Virus record (IMG/VR): IMGVR_UViG_3300005842_000004
Location: 715 to 64,714 of that record
Source: a virus
Lineage: Duplodnaviria > Caudoviricetes
Length of the DNA stretch: 64,000 nt
Direction: 5' to 3' (one strand)
The notes below the pieces were generated by a model. The model was not told the origin of the DNA, searched no databases, and worked only from the letters and a program-made list of their open reading frames with translations. Within the stretch, counting starts at the first letter, position 1, and each line of letters opens with the position of its first letter. The translations under genes and the position numbers were made by a program. Below are positions 46,840 through 56,500 of the stretch, piece after piece.

Positions 46840-46845
46840 TTTGGA

Positions 46846-47784
46846 TCACGAATCCGCGAAACATCCACAACCGCCAATATCAAAGCGATCGATTTCTTCT
46901 CCAGCCATGATGCGGTGCCGGAGTTGTGCAAGTGTCAGTGTCTTGTCGGCTCCAATCCGCCTATCACGAAGAATTGAGATGTCCGTGCGCCCCAAAAACT
47001 GCCGCATCTCTTCTTCTCGGCGTTCCCACTCATCGAACACGTCGGGGAGTTTATGGTAAAGATTGGTGAAGTGCCCAATGCCGGCTTTGACACACCCGCC
47101 GGAACAATTATTATGCGAGAATCCGAGATCATACAGGCCCGGACGTGCGATACCGTCAGTGGCCAGCTCTTCGAACATTTGATTCTTTGTCAGATATGGA
47201 GCTGAGCACATCGGGGCTTCGTAGATCCACGGATATCGACGATCACGCAAGCCGGTGAAACGGTGCTCTTCACTCCAATCGATCCCGACATAGACACGGG
47301 TCGACTCTGGCCTGCAATTTTCTCGCAGCCATTTATCGGCCATCTCCCGCTTCAAAATCTTGGAGCAAGGGTCTGTGCGTGAATTGCCCAGGAATCGTTC
47401 ATCCCGGAAGACATCCCAAATCGTTCGCCCTTCTGCCAGCCAGATTAAACGTGGAATGCAAGAGCATACTTCAATACGCAAAACGGTTATAGCTTCTAAT
47501 CTGGACTTCTCTTCCCTGGCAGGGGGAAGTGAGGCAGCTCGGATAACTAGATCCGGTCGTGATAATCCACTGATCTGGAGTGCAGTCTCCACCAAGAATC
47601 TGTATAGGTCGGAATCCTCACCCAGAGTGTCAGTAAACAGTAAGAGAGTTTCAGTGATTCCACGCCGTTGGATCACTCTACGAGCCGCACAATACGATCC
47701 GATGCCGCCGGAATACATAACAACATGTCGGCATGGTGGACGAGCGGACGATTTAAACGCCAAGTCGATCTCCGATCTGAGCAA
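46846..47784 (-). CDS. PAPS reductase-like / PP-loop adenine nucleotide alpha hydrolase
   Basis: VVMYSGGIGS, FTDTLGED, PCSKILKR, GFSHNNCSGGCVKAG, GGCGCF. Confidence 0.85.
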   Translation of the reverse strand: MLRSEIDLAFKSSARPPCRHVVMYSGGIGSYCAARRVIQRRGITETLLLFTDTLGEDSDLYRFLVETALQISGLSRPDLVIRAASLPPAREEKSRLEAITVLRIEVCSCIPRLIWLAEGRTIWDVFRDERFLGNSRTDPCSKILKREMADKWLRENCRPESTRVYVGIDWSEEHRFTGLRDRRYPWIYEAPMCSAPYLTKNQMFEELATDGIARPGLYDLGFSHNNCSGGCVKAGIGHFTNLYHKLPDVFDEWERREEEMRQFLGRTDISILRDRRIGADKTLTLAQLRHRIMAGEEIDRFDIGGCGCFADS

Positions 47785-47785
47785 T

Positions 47786-48313
47786 CTATCCTAATCTATC
47801 ACTTTTTGCTGCTCGCCCTAGAATAGCACCATACCTCGGCCAGTCTAGTTCTCGCGGAGGATCGGGCGGATCAAGAGAGATAAACCGGCCATCTTCCCCC
47901 CGTCCGACATAGATGGCGGAAGCGTGGATTCGTCCGTGATATTCGACCGCCACGAGCTCTAATGCGCCGAGAGAATCATCGGATATGCCGTTGCGGTGGT
48001 GGGTGTGCTCATCCGAACGCGGTAAGTATCCCAGACTCTCGGCAATGAGAAACCGGGCCAGGCGTTGATAGCCGGCGGAATTGGCGTATGGGTGGCGAGG
48101 GTGGAGTGTGACGCAGCGGCGAGATTTATGATCAACCCAGACATTAAGTCCAATCGTGGCGCGGTCGGCCAGATCCCATCCATTCGGTGTGCGGATCAGG
48201 CGAATGCCAGGCGGGTATCCGGTTGACAGGCAGACAGAGCAGAATAGATATCTGGTGTTGCGTGCGCGCATTGGCCGGCCACAACAGAGCTGGATATCGG
48301 CGATGGCAGTCAC
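47786..48313 (-). CDS. HNH endonuclease-like protein (divergent)
   Basis: HPYANSAGY..R..AESLG..DEHTHHRNG..D...LEL. Confidence 0.6.
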   Translation of the reverse strand: MTAIADIQLCCGRPMRARNTRYLFCSVCLSTGYPPGIRLIRTPNGWDLADRATIGLNVWVDHKSRRCVTLHPRHPYANSAGYQRLARFLIAESLGYLPRSDEHTHHRNGISDDSLGALELVAVEYHGRIHASAIYVGRGEDGRFISLDPPDPPRELDWPRYGAILGRAAKSDRLG

Positions 48314-48978
48314 GAATAAACCAGTGGGATCTGCTCATTAATAATCCGGCGCTGAACAAACCAAGCAATCGAGGCCAGCCTATTGCCGAGTCCTTCCCGC
48401 CGCCCGAGCTGGGTGTACGCCTTCTCGACCGCAACATAGACCTCTCGTGATCCGGCCGTCTTAGATAATGTGACATTGTCGAGGATCTTGACCCCGAGTG
48501 CCAGACATAATAGGTGGCGATCGACCGGGATGGGTTTGTGGTCGTCTGGATTGGCGATCCCACGGTAGAACGCTCGAACCTTTGACCCGTGCAACACATC
48601 GAGCGGTTTCTCTCCTCGCGCGATGCGAATGGCCTTAGCTCGGTTTACTTTCGGCGTGTTGACCTTGAGATAATGGAAGAGCAGCCCGCCGGCCGCGAGC
48701 TGGGCGCGGATCGGATTCTTAGCCCATCGGAGCACATCGGCAATGTTTGATACGTTCGTGCCCCAAGTGTTGAGCGGGGAAAGTGCGGCATAGATCCCGG
48801 CCACTTGATCGACCGACACGCGGAATATCCGAGAGTAAAGCATGCAGATGTAATGTGCGCCGGGATAGAAAGACATCCCATCGTGGATCTCTTGATGCGA
48901 TGCAGATAGACACGCGCGCCAGATATTATGGCGGAGAGTGTGAGGAGAAAGATCAAGGTCTAATCGCTCGCTGATCAT
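48310..48978 (-). CDS. Conserved phage protein, HhH-glycosylase-like (DUF7178-like)
   Basis: G..FY..A, AALSP..W..N, KVRAFY..I, PVDRH. Confidence 0.65.
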   Translation of the reverse strand: MISERLDLDLSPHTLRHNIWRACLSASHQEIHDGMSFYPGAHYICMLYSRIFRVSVDQVAGIYAALSPLNTWGTNVSNIADVLRWAKNPIRAQLAAGGLLFHYLKVNTPKVNRAKAIRIARGEKPLDVLHGSKVRAFYRGIANPDDHKPIPVDRHLLCLALGVKILDNVTLSKTAGSREVYVAVEKAYTQLGRREGLGNRLASIAWFVQRRIINEQIPLVYS

Positions 48979-49847
48979 CTCACCACCTCCGCAATCTTCT
49001 TAGCGATCGATTTTCCGACCCGCCGCCCGTTCGTCTTGACTTCGGCCCACGCCCGCTCATCATCCTCGACATCGCCACCACCACACGTACAGGCTGGATT
49101 GATCATCTTTTGTACGGTGGGGAACGCCTCCGCCATGGCTAAGGCTCGCTCGAATCGGATCTCGGGAAGACTGGCCGCGGTGGCAACACGCTGGGCGAAT
49201 CGTGGATCACGCATACGAGGATCAGGTAAGCCGGCAAACGGTCCGGATGACGTCGAAGTCGGCAGCCCAACCCCTGACCGATCTAACGTCCTCATTGACT
49301 TGTGACCGTTATATGGTTTCTGCCACAAATGATAGGTGTTGAACAGCCAGTGTGCGACCGTTGATTCATTCGGCAGCATTATCAAATGTACACCCAGACG
49401 TAAGAATTCCGGAGAGGCGAGAAAATTAAACGGGTACGACCAAGAGAATGTGCGTTGCCGGTTCTTAGGCTTCCAATCAATCCATTGCCACGTATCATTT
49501 ATCTTACGCCGGACTTGGAATATGCCGGTGTCGGGGTTGGGCCGGTGATCACCCTCAATAACGACCAACCATTGCATATCGTATATGGCCAACAGTCCGG
49601 GGAGCTGAGTACCCTGGAGCCGCCCGGTTTCAATCTTGGTGATTAGTTCTGTTAATTTGGCGACTTCGAACCCGAATAGTAGGGTTGATCCGTCCGGCCC
49701 GTTCGCCTCGAACATGACGTCGGCCCGAGACTCGGCTAATGGCGCGGGCGGGATTGGGAGCTGACATGATTGAGCAAACCCGGCCAAAGGAGGCAGAGAG
49801 AGGAGTGCGGACGATCCTGCGGCGGAATCGATATAGATTGTCATCAC
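48975..49847 (-). CDS. ERCC4-like nuclease
   Basis: IYID...GS, ADVMF, GRL..QLPGL..Y..LVVIEG; C-terminal HhH pair. Confidence 0.65.
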   Translation of the reverse strand: MMTIYIDSAAGSSALLSLPPLAGFAQSCQLPIPPAPLAESRADVMFEANGPDGSTLLFGFEVAKLTELITKIETGRLQGTQLPGLLAIYDMQWLVVIEGDHRPNPDTGIFQVRRKINDTWQWIDWKPKNRQRTFSWSYPFNFLASPEFLRLGVHLIMLPNESTVAHWLFNTYHLWQKPYNGHKSMRTLDRSGVGLPTSTSSGPFAGLPDPRMRDPRFAQRVATAASLPEIRFERALAMAEAFPTVQKMINPACTCGGGDVEDDERAWAEVKTNGRRVGKSIAKKIAEVVR

Positions 49848-50221
49848 GCGATGACTGCCGTGGTCACAATCAAGTCGAATACTTCCGGGTCCGTGTCAAC
49901 AAAGAAAACAGGAATGCCCAGCTCTGCCGCGATCTGCATCTCACCGGCAACACCGACCGACTTATCCCACCCGGCGAGCTGGAGGACGTACAGCTTATGG
50001 CACACGCTGAGAATCGTCCGGTCGTACCCTTGCCAATGATCCCACCCGTGTGGCAGATCACCCGCCATCGCGATTGGGTGCGTGTGGGATATCGGGGAGA
50101 AGACGTACTCTCCCTTCGCCATGAAGTAGGCGGCGGCTCGATTAACCGCTTCGAATCGTGCAATACGGATGGCCGGATCGGGATCGTTATATGGGCACGC
50201 AAGATAGATCAGTGGCATCAT
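49844..50221 (-). CDS. DUF1937 / nucleoside deoxyribosyltransferase-like protein
   Basis: IYLACPY, VFSPISHTH, GWDKSVGVAGE..A..LGIPV. Confidence 0.8.
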   Translation of the reverse strand: MMPLIYLACPYNDPDPAIRIARFEAVNRAAAYFMAKGEYVFSPISHTHPIAMAGDLPHGWDHWQGYDRTILSVCHKLYVLQLAGWDKSVGVAGEMQIAAELGIPVFFVDTDPEVFDLIVTTAVIA

Positions 50222-50230
50222 AAGGTCTCC

Positions 50231-50264
50231 AGAAAATGCCGGACATCCTTTCGAACGCCCGGCA
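50231..50264 (-). terminator. Intrinsic terminator
   Basis: TGCCGGGCGTTC-GAAA-GGATGTCCGGCA followed by TTTTCT. Confidence 0.65.
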
Positions 50265-50291
50265 GGCATCAGATCGGCTCGGGTCGACTGC

Positions 50292-51008
50292 TCAGCTCTG
50301 CGGCTCGCTCACGTCCAGCTTGACGCTTTCGATCGGGTTGGTGTCGACCGGCGGAGTCACCACCACCGACAGCACGAGATCGACGCTCCCCGACACCTCA
50401 TTGACTGCGCTCGGATCGTCAGAGATATCGACATCGCACGTGAAGGTGAGCCGGGCGTTGATGGTCTGGCTGGCAGTGGCGTCGGATCGGACGAAAGCGG
50501 TGACGGCGCCGCCCGGGGTGTCGGACGAGAACGTGATCGATCCGCTGACCTCGGTACCGGCACCACCGTTGGAGAGGTTGCCGAAGTCGGAGAGGGTGGA
50601 CCCGTCGTCGGCGAGCTGGGTCAGGGTCCAAGTGGGGGACTGAACATCGGCGAGGGTGGCGGGGGTGCCATCGCGACGGATCGGGGTGGCGGTGATGGTG
50701 ATGTGCTGGCCGGGGGTGAGATTCATGGTGTAAGTTTCTCCTGTAGAAAGTGAGGTGAGCGTGCAAAACTTGAGCAGATCGGCGACGGATTTGATCGGGC
50801 CGAAGACACGGAACTCGATGGCGGTGATGGGGTTACGGCGATGATGATGGCAATGGTCGCGGTCGTAGTCGTGGTCGTCGGCGTCGTCAATGATGTCGAG
50901 CAGCTTGGCCAGCTCTTTGGCCTTCCCGGCGAACGAGAAAGATGAGCGGCTGACGGTGTGAGTGCCGCGGATGGTGGTGTGGGTTTCGTCTGTTACGTTG
51001 AAGCGCAT
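50292..51008 (-). CDS. Hypothetical protein with Ig-like C-terminal half
   Basis: SD AAGGAG; His/Asp tract; second in-frame SD plus ATG at 50726. Confidence 0.65.
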   Translation of the reverse strand: MRFNVTDETHTTIRGTHTVSRSSFSFAGKAKELAKLLDIIDDADDHDYDRDHCHHHRRNPITAIEFRVFGPIKSVADLLKFCTLTSLSTGETYTMNLTPGQHITITATPIRRDGTPATLADVQSPTWTLTQLADDGSTLSDFGNLSNGGAGTEVSGSITFSSDTPGGAVTAFVRSDATASQTINARLTFTCDVDISDDPSAVNEVSGSVDLVLSVVVTPPVDTNPIESVKLDVSEPQS

Positions 51009-51040
51009 GGGTTTGGTCTCCTTTGACCTCCTTCTACGGC

Positions 51041-52081
51041 TTACGGTTGATTGATCCAATCGTCCACTGATCCGGGCAGAGTCTCGGCGCTTGTCTCCTG
51101 CCGTTTGAGCCGGGATACACAATACTCTATCGCACTCATTCCCGCTTCTTCCCACTCCGCCTGTTTATAGCTCTTCCCCATCTGATCGAGCGCACACCCC
51201 GACTTCGCCACTTCGATTGAGAATCGGCCGCCCTGATTCCCCGCGTTGATGATCTGCATTGGGGAGAGGTTGCCGCCGCCATCGGCCATGACTTCACGCG
51301 GGGACAGCAGTGCGAGCTCTACAGCCCAATCCACTGCATCAAAAAATATCCGGTGCGCGGTGTACTCATTCCGTCCGGTCAGCTCTCGGCCTTCTCGCTC
51401 TTGCTTGGCGCGAGAGATGAGGACGAGATTGGCTTGTCGCTGCTCTCTGACCTTGTTGGAGAAATACCAGAGGCAATCGTTAATGAGTGCGTCGGACTTG
51501 CCGTAATCCCCTTTGTCTTCCTTGGTGCCGAGAGGGCGATCGGTGCGACCGCGGACAGCAAGTTTAATCAGGAGGAGCAACTCGTCTACGGTGTCGATGA
51601 CGATGTGACCGCCGGATCTACATGCGAGGTTGAAATTGCGCTTGAACCGAGCGAGAACGGTCTGGGCGATTTGTTTGGCCGCATCGTATTCCATTTCGAG
51701 GATGTCGAGAGGGTAATTGGACCGGAGGAATCGGATGTCCCGTCGAGGCCACGACGGCCCACCCGCCATGAGACTGCGCACGGTATCCTCAGCGCGACCA
51801 TCCAGATTAAGCAACCACACCGGCCCGTCCACATTGCACGAGAAGAATGTCTTGCCTTCGCCACCGTACCCATAGACCAGGGCAACGTAATATGGGTTGG
51901 GCTTGTCGAGGATGACGAAATCCGACCCGTCAACAGGGGTGCCGAGAGCGGAAGTGGAGAATAGCTCGTCCAGGAGTGCGGTGGCATCGGCAGAGGTAGA
52001 GATAGAGGGCGAGAAGGCGGATGATGCAGCGGCGGATGTGGTGGAGGCGGACTTGCCGGCAGATGAGACAGAAATACCCAT
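51041..52081 (-). CDS. AAA ATPase (Sak4/AAA_24-like)
   Basis: LVYGYGGEGKT, IVIDT, LVLISRAK. Confidence 0.8.
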   Translation of the reverse strand: MGISVSSAGKSASTTSAAASSAFSPSISTSADATALLDELFSTSALGTPVDGSDFVILDKPNPYYVALVYGYGGEGKTFFSCNVDGPVWLLNLDGRAEDTVRSLMAGGPSWPRRDIRFLRSNYPLDILEMEYDAAKQIAQTVLARFKRNFNLACRSGGHIVIDTVDELLLLIKLAVRGRTDRPLGTKEDKGDYGKSDALINDCLWYFSNKVREQRQANLVLISRAKQEREGRELTGRNEYTAHRIFFDAVDWAVELALLSPREVMADGGGNLSPMQIINAGNQGGRFSIEVAKSGCALDQMGKSYKQAEWEEAGMSAIEYCVSRLKRQETSAETLPGSVDDWINQP

Positions 52082-52088
52082 AATTCTG

Positions 52089-52499
52089 CTACCACTTCTT
52101 TCCGTGTGCGGTGAGACGCGATTCCGGCTTGTGGTCGGCGCGCTCCCGATTGAATACCATTTTTTCCTCGAACGCAGCGCCAAGATCGAAACCAAAACCA
52201 CCCGCATAATCAAGAATTCGGATGATGCAATCGGCCAATTCGACTTCTGCCATTTTGCGGTGCGGTAGATGGTCGTCCATCAAGCCTCTGCGCTCTCCTT
52301 CCATCGCTTCTGCCAGCTCGGAAACCATGAGCATGATCATCTCACCGCGATTTCGTTGAAGTGGCTCCCCGGTTGCCGGATCATGCCACCAAGTTTTGTT
52401 CGCCGCATGAACTGCCGATGTCATTTCTCGCAGATACAGTTTAAACTGACCGACGCCGCTGGGGATTGCTTCTCGTTTTCCAACATTAGTCCCTGACAT
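52089..52499 (-). CDS. MazG-like NTP pyrophosphohydrolase
   Basis: MVSELAEAMEG..EVELADCIIRILD..EKMVFN. Confidence 0.85.
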   Translation of the reverse strand: MSGTNVGKREAIPSGVGQFKLYLREMTSAVHAANKTWWHDPATGEPLQRNRGEMIMLMVSELAEAMEGERRGLMDDHLPHRKMAEVELADCIIRILDYAGGFGFDLGAAFEEKMVFNRERADHKPESRLTAHGKKW

Positions 52500-53160
52500 G
52501 CTTCTCCTCCTCTGTCCGTTCGTTCATCATCATCATCCACGTCGACTCCAGCTCTTCGGGATAGAAATCATACTCCCACCCGCTCGGCCACTCTCTTTCC
52601 TTGTTCCAATCACTTGCGAATAACACGACCAGATATCCAGTCAGGAATGATTTACCGGCTGGCTTGACTGGATAACGTTTCCATTCCTTCGTCCCGTTCA
52701 TCCGGATAGACGCTCGGCCAGAGAAGACTTGGCGAAGAGCGTATAGCTCGGCCTTGAGCTGGGTTTCGTAATACCAGAACTTAGCACTGCCGGGTTCACT
52801 CGTCCCGCTCGCCCACGTCGACTTGACCGACACGCATGATTGACGGGTGACCCAGACCAGATCAGGGGTGATATAGACGCCGGGACCATTCAGATTACTC
52901 GGATTGTCCAGGCAATGGATCGATGGATTGTGGACAAACTCGCCCGGGTTCTCTCTCTTATATGCCTCGGCAATGATTGATTCAAACGCATGTCCCATGA
53001 GCCGGTTGCGGTCGGGGATCGGGCCGGACATGGATGGGTCGAAGTGGCCGAGCTTGGTGCACAGGCGATAGATTAATGTTGATGCGTGAACGCCCGCCGG
53101 CCGATCATTGGCATCGGATATAGAGAGAGGCGGGAGTGAGTGGCACGGGCGAACGTTCAC
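52486..53160 (-). CDS. PD-(D/E)XK exonuclease-like protein
   Basis: GVHASTL, MGHAFE, TPD..SVKSTW, QLKAELY. Confidence 0.6.
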   Translation of the reverse strand: MNVRPCHSLPPLSISDANDRPAGVHASTLIYRLCTKLGHFDPSMSGPIPDRNRLMGHAFESIIAEAYKRENPGEFVHNPSIHCLDNPSNLNGPGVYITPDLVWVTRQSCVSVKSTWASGTSEPGSAKFWYYETQLKAELYALRQVFSGRASIRMNGTKEWKRYPVKPAGKSFLTGYLVVLFASDWNKEREWPSGWEYDFYPEELESTWMMMMNERTEEEKHVRD

Positions 53161-53216
53161 GAGAGATGGTCTCCTTTGACGATGACAGACGAGATGAGCG
53201 ATGCGGCGACGGGCGT

Positions 53217-54500
53217 CTACCCGATCAGCGCCTGGTTGTCCGCCTCCTCGCGGGTCAGGGTGTACGTTTTCTTTGCCGGGTCATACACGGCCCGTCCGGC
53301 GATCCCACCCGCGGCAGCGAATTCGACCATCATGGCCAGAGCAGCGGACCGGAGCTTGCGGAAGTCGGGCAGAGTGTCAGGGAACGCCCCCTGGATCGCC
53401 GGCTTTTGCACTGCCGGGGTCAAAGCGGTGTAGCTGGGTTGGGTGTAGAGATAGGCGCAGATGGCGTCGGTCAGCGGGCCGTAGATCGGATCTGCGGTGT
53501 TGATGGATGAGGTAGAGGCGGCGGAAGGTGCGGCAGACGAGATGGACGCGGCAGACGGGCTGGCAGGGGCATTGGGCGAGCTGGCGGGCGTCGAGCTCGT
53601 GGTCGTGGTCGCATCGGCTCCGGCGCTCGTGCTCCACTCATCAATGGTGTGGATATAGATCGACTTCATCTCCGCCACTTTGCCGTCGCTCGTCGTAAAC
53701 CCTTCCTTGGCGAATCCGAAGAGCCCGGCGATCCCGACGAAATAGTCCGCACCATACGGCATGCCGTCGACCGGGCTGAGTGCGTTGAGATCGAACGCCA
53801 TGTGGTCCTTCGCGTCTTTGCCCTTGCCGGGCATGACGATGAGACGGTCAGAGTGAGCGCCTGTCATGTTGAGGACTGACGCCGCTTCGAACCGGGCATA
53901 TCCAGACTTGCTATTGATCTTTTTCCCGCCGGCTCCGGGGCGCTCGGTGTACCAGCGGCCGCGGGTGGTTTCGTTCGCCTCCCGTCCGGTGATCTTCTTG
54001 CCGTCCGCCCCGTCGATGTCCCACGAGATGAGCTGGAATCCGGCGCCGGTATCCTTGTTGCCCGAGAACCCGGTATGGAGCAGATCGAGGATGGCGAACG
54101 CCTTGTCCGGGGTGACGCCGGGGAGGACAGGGTAGCCGGGGACGTACTGATTGGCCAGAGCGCCGGTACCGGGCATCCACTCGTTGAAGGCGTAGAAGTA
54201 TTGTAGCGATCCCACCTTGAGGATGAGGTCGAAGATGCCTTTGGTCGGCTCCATCTCCCACGTTTCCTTTTCGTCCAGGAGCTCGTACACCTGGAACTGG
54301 AGATAAAGACCGAGGTGATAGGCGAGGTTTTGGTCGGGTTTCGGCGGGTCAGATACGCGGCGATCGATCTGGAATCCAGACGCGATGATCTTGCCGCGGA
54401 AGTCGCCGATGGGGCCGAATCCCCCTCCCTCGGAATATTCCCCGAGGACAGGGAGGCCAGAGAAGATCATGCCGGGCTTGGGACGGAAGACACTTGACAT
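53217..54500 (-). CDS. Hypothetical protein (position suggests ssDNA-binding)
   Basis: SD AAGGA before ATG 54500; Ala/Ser linker; next to nuclease and ATPase. Confidence 0.65.
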   Translation of the reverse strand: MSSVFRPKPGMIFSGLPVLGEYSEGGGFGPIGDFRGKIIASGFQIDRRVSDPPKPDQNLAYHLGLYLQFQVYELLDEKETWEMEPTKGIFDLILKVGSLQYFYAFNEWMPGTGALANQYVPGYPVLPGVTPDKAFAILDLLHTGFSGNKDTGAGFQLISWDIDGADGKKITGREANETTRGRWYTERPGAGGKKINSKSGYARFEAASVLNMTGAHSDRLIVMPGKGKDAKDHMAFDLNALSPVDGMPYGADYFVGIAGLFGFAKEGFTTSDGKVAEMKSIYIHTIDEWSTSAGADATTTTSSTPASSPNAPASPSAASISSAAPSAASTSSINTADPIYGPLTDAICAYLYTQPSYTALTPAVQKPAIQGAFPDTLPDFRKLRSAALAMMVEFAAAGGIAGRAVYDPAKKTYTLTREEADNQALIG

Positions 54501-54557
54501 AAGGGGTGGTCCTTTCTTTTGTGCCGAGAGGGGCACGAAATTCAATTTGACTGGTGC

Positions 54558-54926
54558 TTACTTTGCAAGTGGTGCAATCAGATACTCGGCCAGCGCCCTC
54601 ATCCCATGATCGGATGTGAGCCGGTACCGATGGAATTGATTGTCCCGGACGTGTTCGACCAGTCCCGCCGCTCTCATCCCGGCCAAGTGTTGCGAGGTCG
54701 AAGAGGTCGAGAGTCCGGTGATCATGGCGAGATCGGCGACGGACGGGGCGGGTTGATCTGTCCTGGTTTCTGCCCGAGACATATAGTCAAGCATGGTCAG
54801 ACGGGAGATGTTGCCGCCGATGGTGTAGATAGCGGCGAGGGAGGCGAGTGAGATAGGCGAGAGATCAGATGCGAATGGTTCTCGCAGCTCATCGGATTCA
54901 GATTCGGATTTGCTCGGCGAGATCAT
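54558..54926 (-). CDS. ArsR-family winged-helix regulator
   Basis: SRLTML..SVADLA..GLS.S..SQHL..M..AGLV......YRL. Confidence 0.85.
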   Translation of the reverse strand: MISPSKSESESDELREPFASDLSPISLASLAAIYTIGGNISRLTMLDYMSRAETRTDQPAPSVADLAMITGLSTSSTSQHLAGMRAAGLVEHVRDNQFHRYRLTSDHGMRALAEYLIAPLAK

Positions 54927-54970
54927 CTTTCGATTCAAGTCCTTTCTGCGTTCAAGAGGACGCGGAGAGT

Positions 54971-54979
54971 AGTATAACA
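54971..54979 (-). promoter_or_regulatory. Possible extended -10 promoter
   Basis: TGTTATACT upstream of the ArsR-like gene. Confidence 0.4.
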
Positions 54980-54995
54980 CGAGCGCGAGAATCGA

Positions 54996-56288
54996 TCACG
55001 ATTTCGTCAATGACCCGATGGCAACATGGATCTCCGCGATCTCCTCCGCTAGTCCTCGCCTATTCCCGCCCCAAGCGATCGAATGCTTAGCAGTTGTCCT
55101 GTCGAGCAGATCGCGCAAAGCCGCCAATCTCCGCTGTTGACTCTCATTGTCGATCCGAAATCGATCGGCGAATAGATCAAGCATCGAATCTCGATCTGGC
55201 CACACTTCAGATTTATACAGACTCCCAACGACCGGAACGTGTTTGTGCGTGTCAGACCAAAAGTCGAGCAAAGGAAGATCCGGATGCTTTCGCTGCAAAT
55301 CTTTGACTTCGGGCAGTGTGCCGGGCAGGGGTCGGGCAGCGACAATATTCGAGAAGCTAACAGGCGGACAAGATGCCAAGTCATTGCCGAGCATTCGATG
55401 GGTTCTCTCGATCTTGGCATAGAGCATCGCGCGCAACAGAGGGAGGACGGCCGGATCAAGGTCCACGCCATACAAGGCGGCATTGGCAAGGTTCGGAAGG
55501 TGGAGCAAGAAGGAATCGCCGAATTCGTTGACTAGCGGTGCGTGATCAGCGATCTCATGTTTCCACTGCTCAAGTAAAAAGCATACCACGTGATCGTAAG
55601 CGGCCAAAATGAAGGCACCCGGGCCGACAGCGGGATCAAGGATCTTGAGCTTGTGTACGCTCTCAGGTGCTTTCTTGATTGCATCGTCCGGGAATGGTTG
55701 CGGCACAAAGTACTTCCACCGATCCTCTAATGCATTCTCGATCGGCATCAATTCATCAGGCGCAACAGCCCCGACATCCATACGTTCTCGCCATTCAATG
55801 CGTCGAGTTTCAAGTGCTGCCAGTGTCGGCTCGGCGTCGGGAGTCCACCCGTGCTTCCGGCACATGCAAAGCCAAGTAAAACCGAGACTGTTCTGGAGTA
55901 TCCATTCGACCATGTATCGCTCGGTAAAAATCTGTGTCTTGCAGCAGATCTCGTGCGGTTCAATCTTGCCACCGTCGACCATTCTCTTGTCGAGTTTTTC
56001 ACGGCCCGGATCATTGAGGCATTGGAAAGTCCAACCCAAACAATCGTGATCGCGCCACATCAGGGACAGCATTGGACTTTCGAGTGCGGCTAGCTCCGGG
56101 TAGGGTGCCAGCTCCACGTCTTGAAAGATGTCCAGGCTGCGGCACGGCTCTGTCAATCCGAGTCCGTGTGCCTCGCGATGAAGTGCATAGACGGCAGCAA
56201 AGATGGATCGCCGAGGTACTTTTCCGCCTAATCCCGTGAGGGTTCGGCGCAGAATCTTGCGAAGCTCGATCGGTGCCTCAAAGCTCAT
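54996..56288 (-). CDS. pglX: Truncated BREX PglX-like adenine methyltransferase (SAM-binding region, no NPPY)
   Basis: LGWTFQCLNDP..GGKIEPHEI..KTQIFTERYMVEWILQNSLG..WKYFVPQ..KILDPAVGPGAF..LYGVDLD; stops at 430 aa. Confidence 0.8.
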   Translation of the reverse strand: MSFEAPIELRKILRRTLTGLGGKVPRRSIFAAVYALHREAHGLGLTEPCRSLDIFQDVELAPYPELAALESPMLSLMWRDHDCLGWTFQCLNDPGREKLDKRMVDGGKIEPHEICCKTQIFTERYMVEWILQNSLGFTWLCMCRKHGWTPDAEPTLAALETRRIEWRERMDVGAVAPDELMPIENALEDRWKYFVPQPFPDDAIKKAPESVHKLKILDPAVGPGAFILAAYDHVVCFLLEQWKHEIADHAPLVNEFGDSFLLHLPNLANAALYGVDLDPAVLPLLRAMLYAKIERTHRMLGNDLASCPPVSFSNIVAARPLPGTLPEVKDLQRKHPDLPLLDFWSDTHKHVPVVGSLYKSEVWPDRDSMLDLFADRFRIDNESQQRRLAALRDLLDRTTAKHSIAWGGNRRGLAEEIAEIHVAIGSLTKS

Positions 56289-56497
56289 CGTGTCTGTTTG
56301 TCCTTTCGGCGCACTTTGTCGGTCCGTCTGAGAGACCCGTCTGCGGCCACAATATAATTAGCCCGAGTTGCCTTTATCCGCTCGCCTGGAACAATCACCC
56401 CAAACAACTCCGGCTCTAATCCTAAGCGCCCAAAAGCAAAAGGCTCGGGTCCTGGCTTCCAGTCAGTCCTTACGATGTGCCATGTGGTCTTCTTCAT
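56285..56497 (-). CDS. Hypothetical protein
   Basis: Fills gap, ATGA overlap. Confidence 0.55.
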   Translation of the reverse strand: MKKTTWHIVRTDWKPGPEPFAFGRLGLEPELFGVIVPGERIKATRANYIVAADGSLRRTDKVRRKDKQTR

Positions 56498-56500
56498 GTT

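Noticed and set aside
54996-56288. Functional BREX system or active DNA methyltransferase
   Set aside because: No catalytic NPPY motif seen in the ORF or just downstream; no pglZ/brxC
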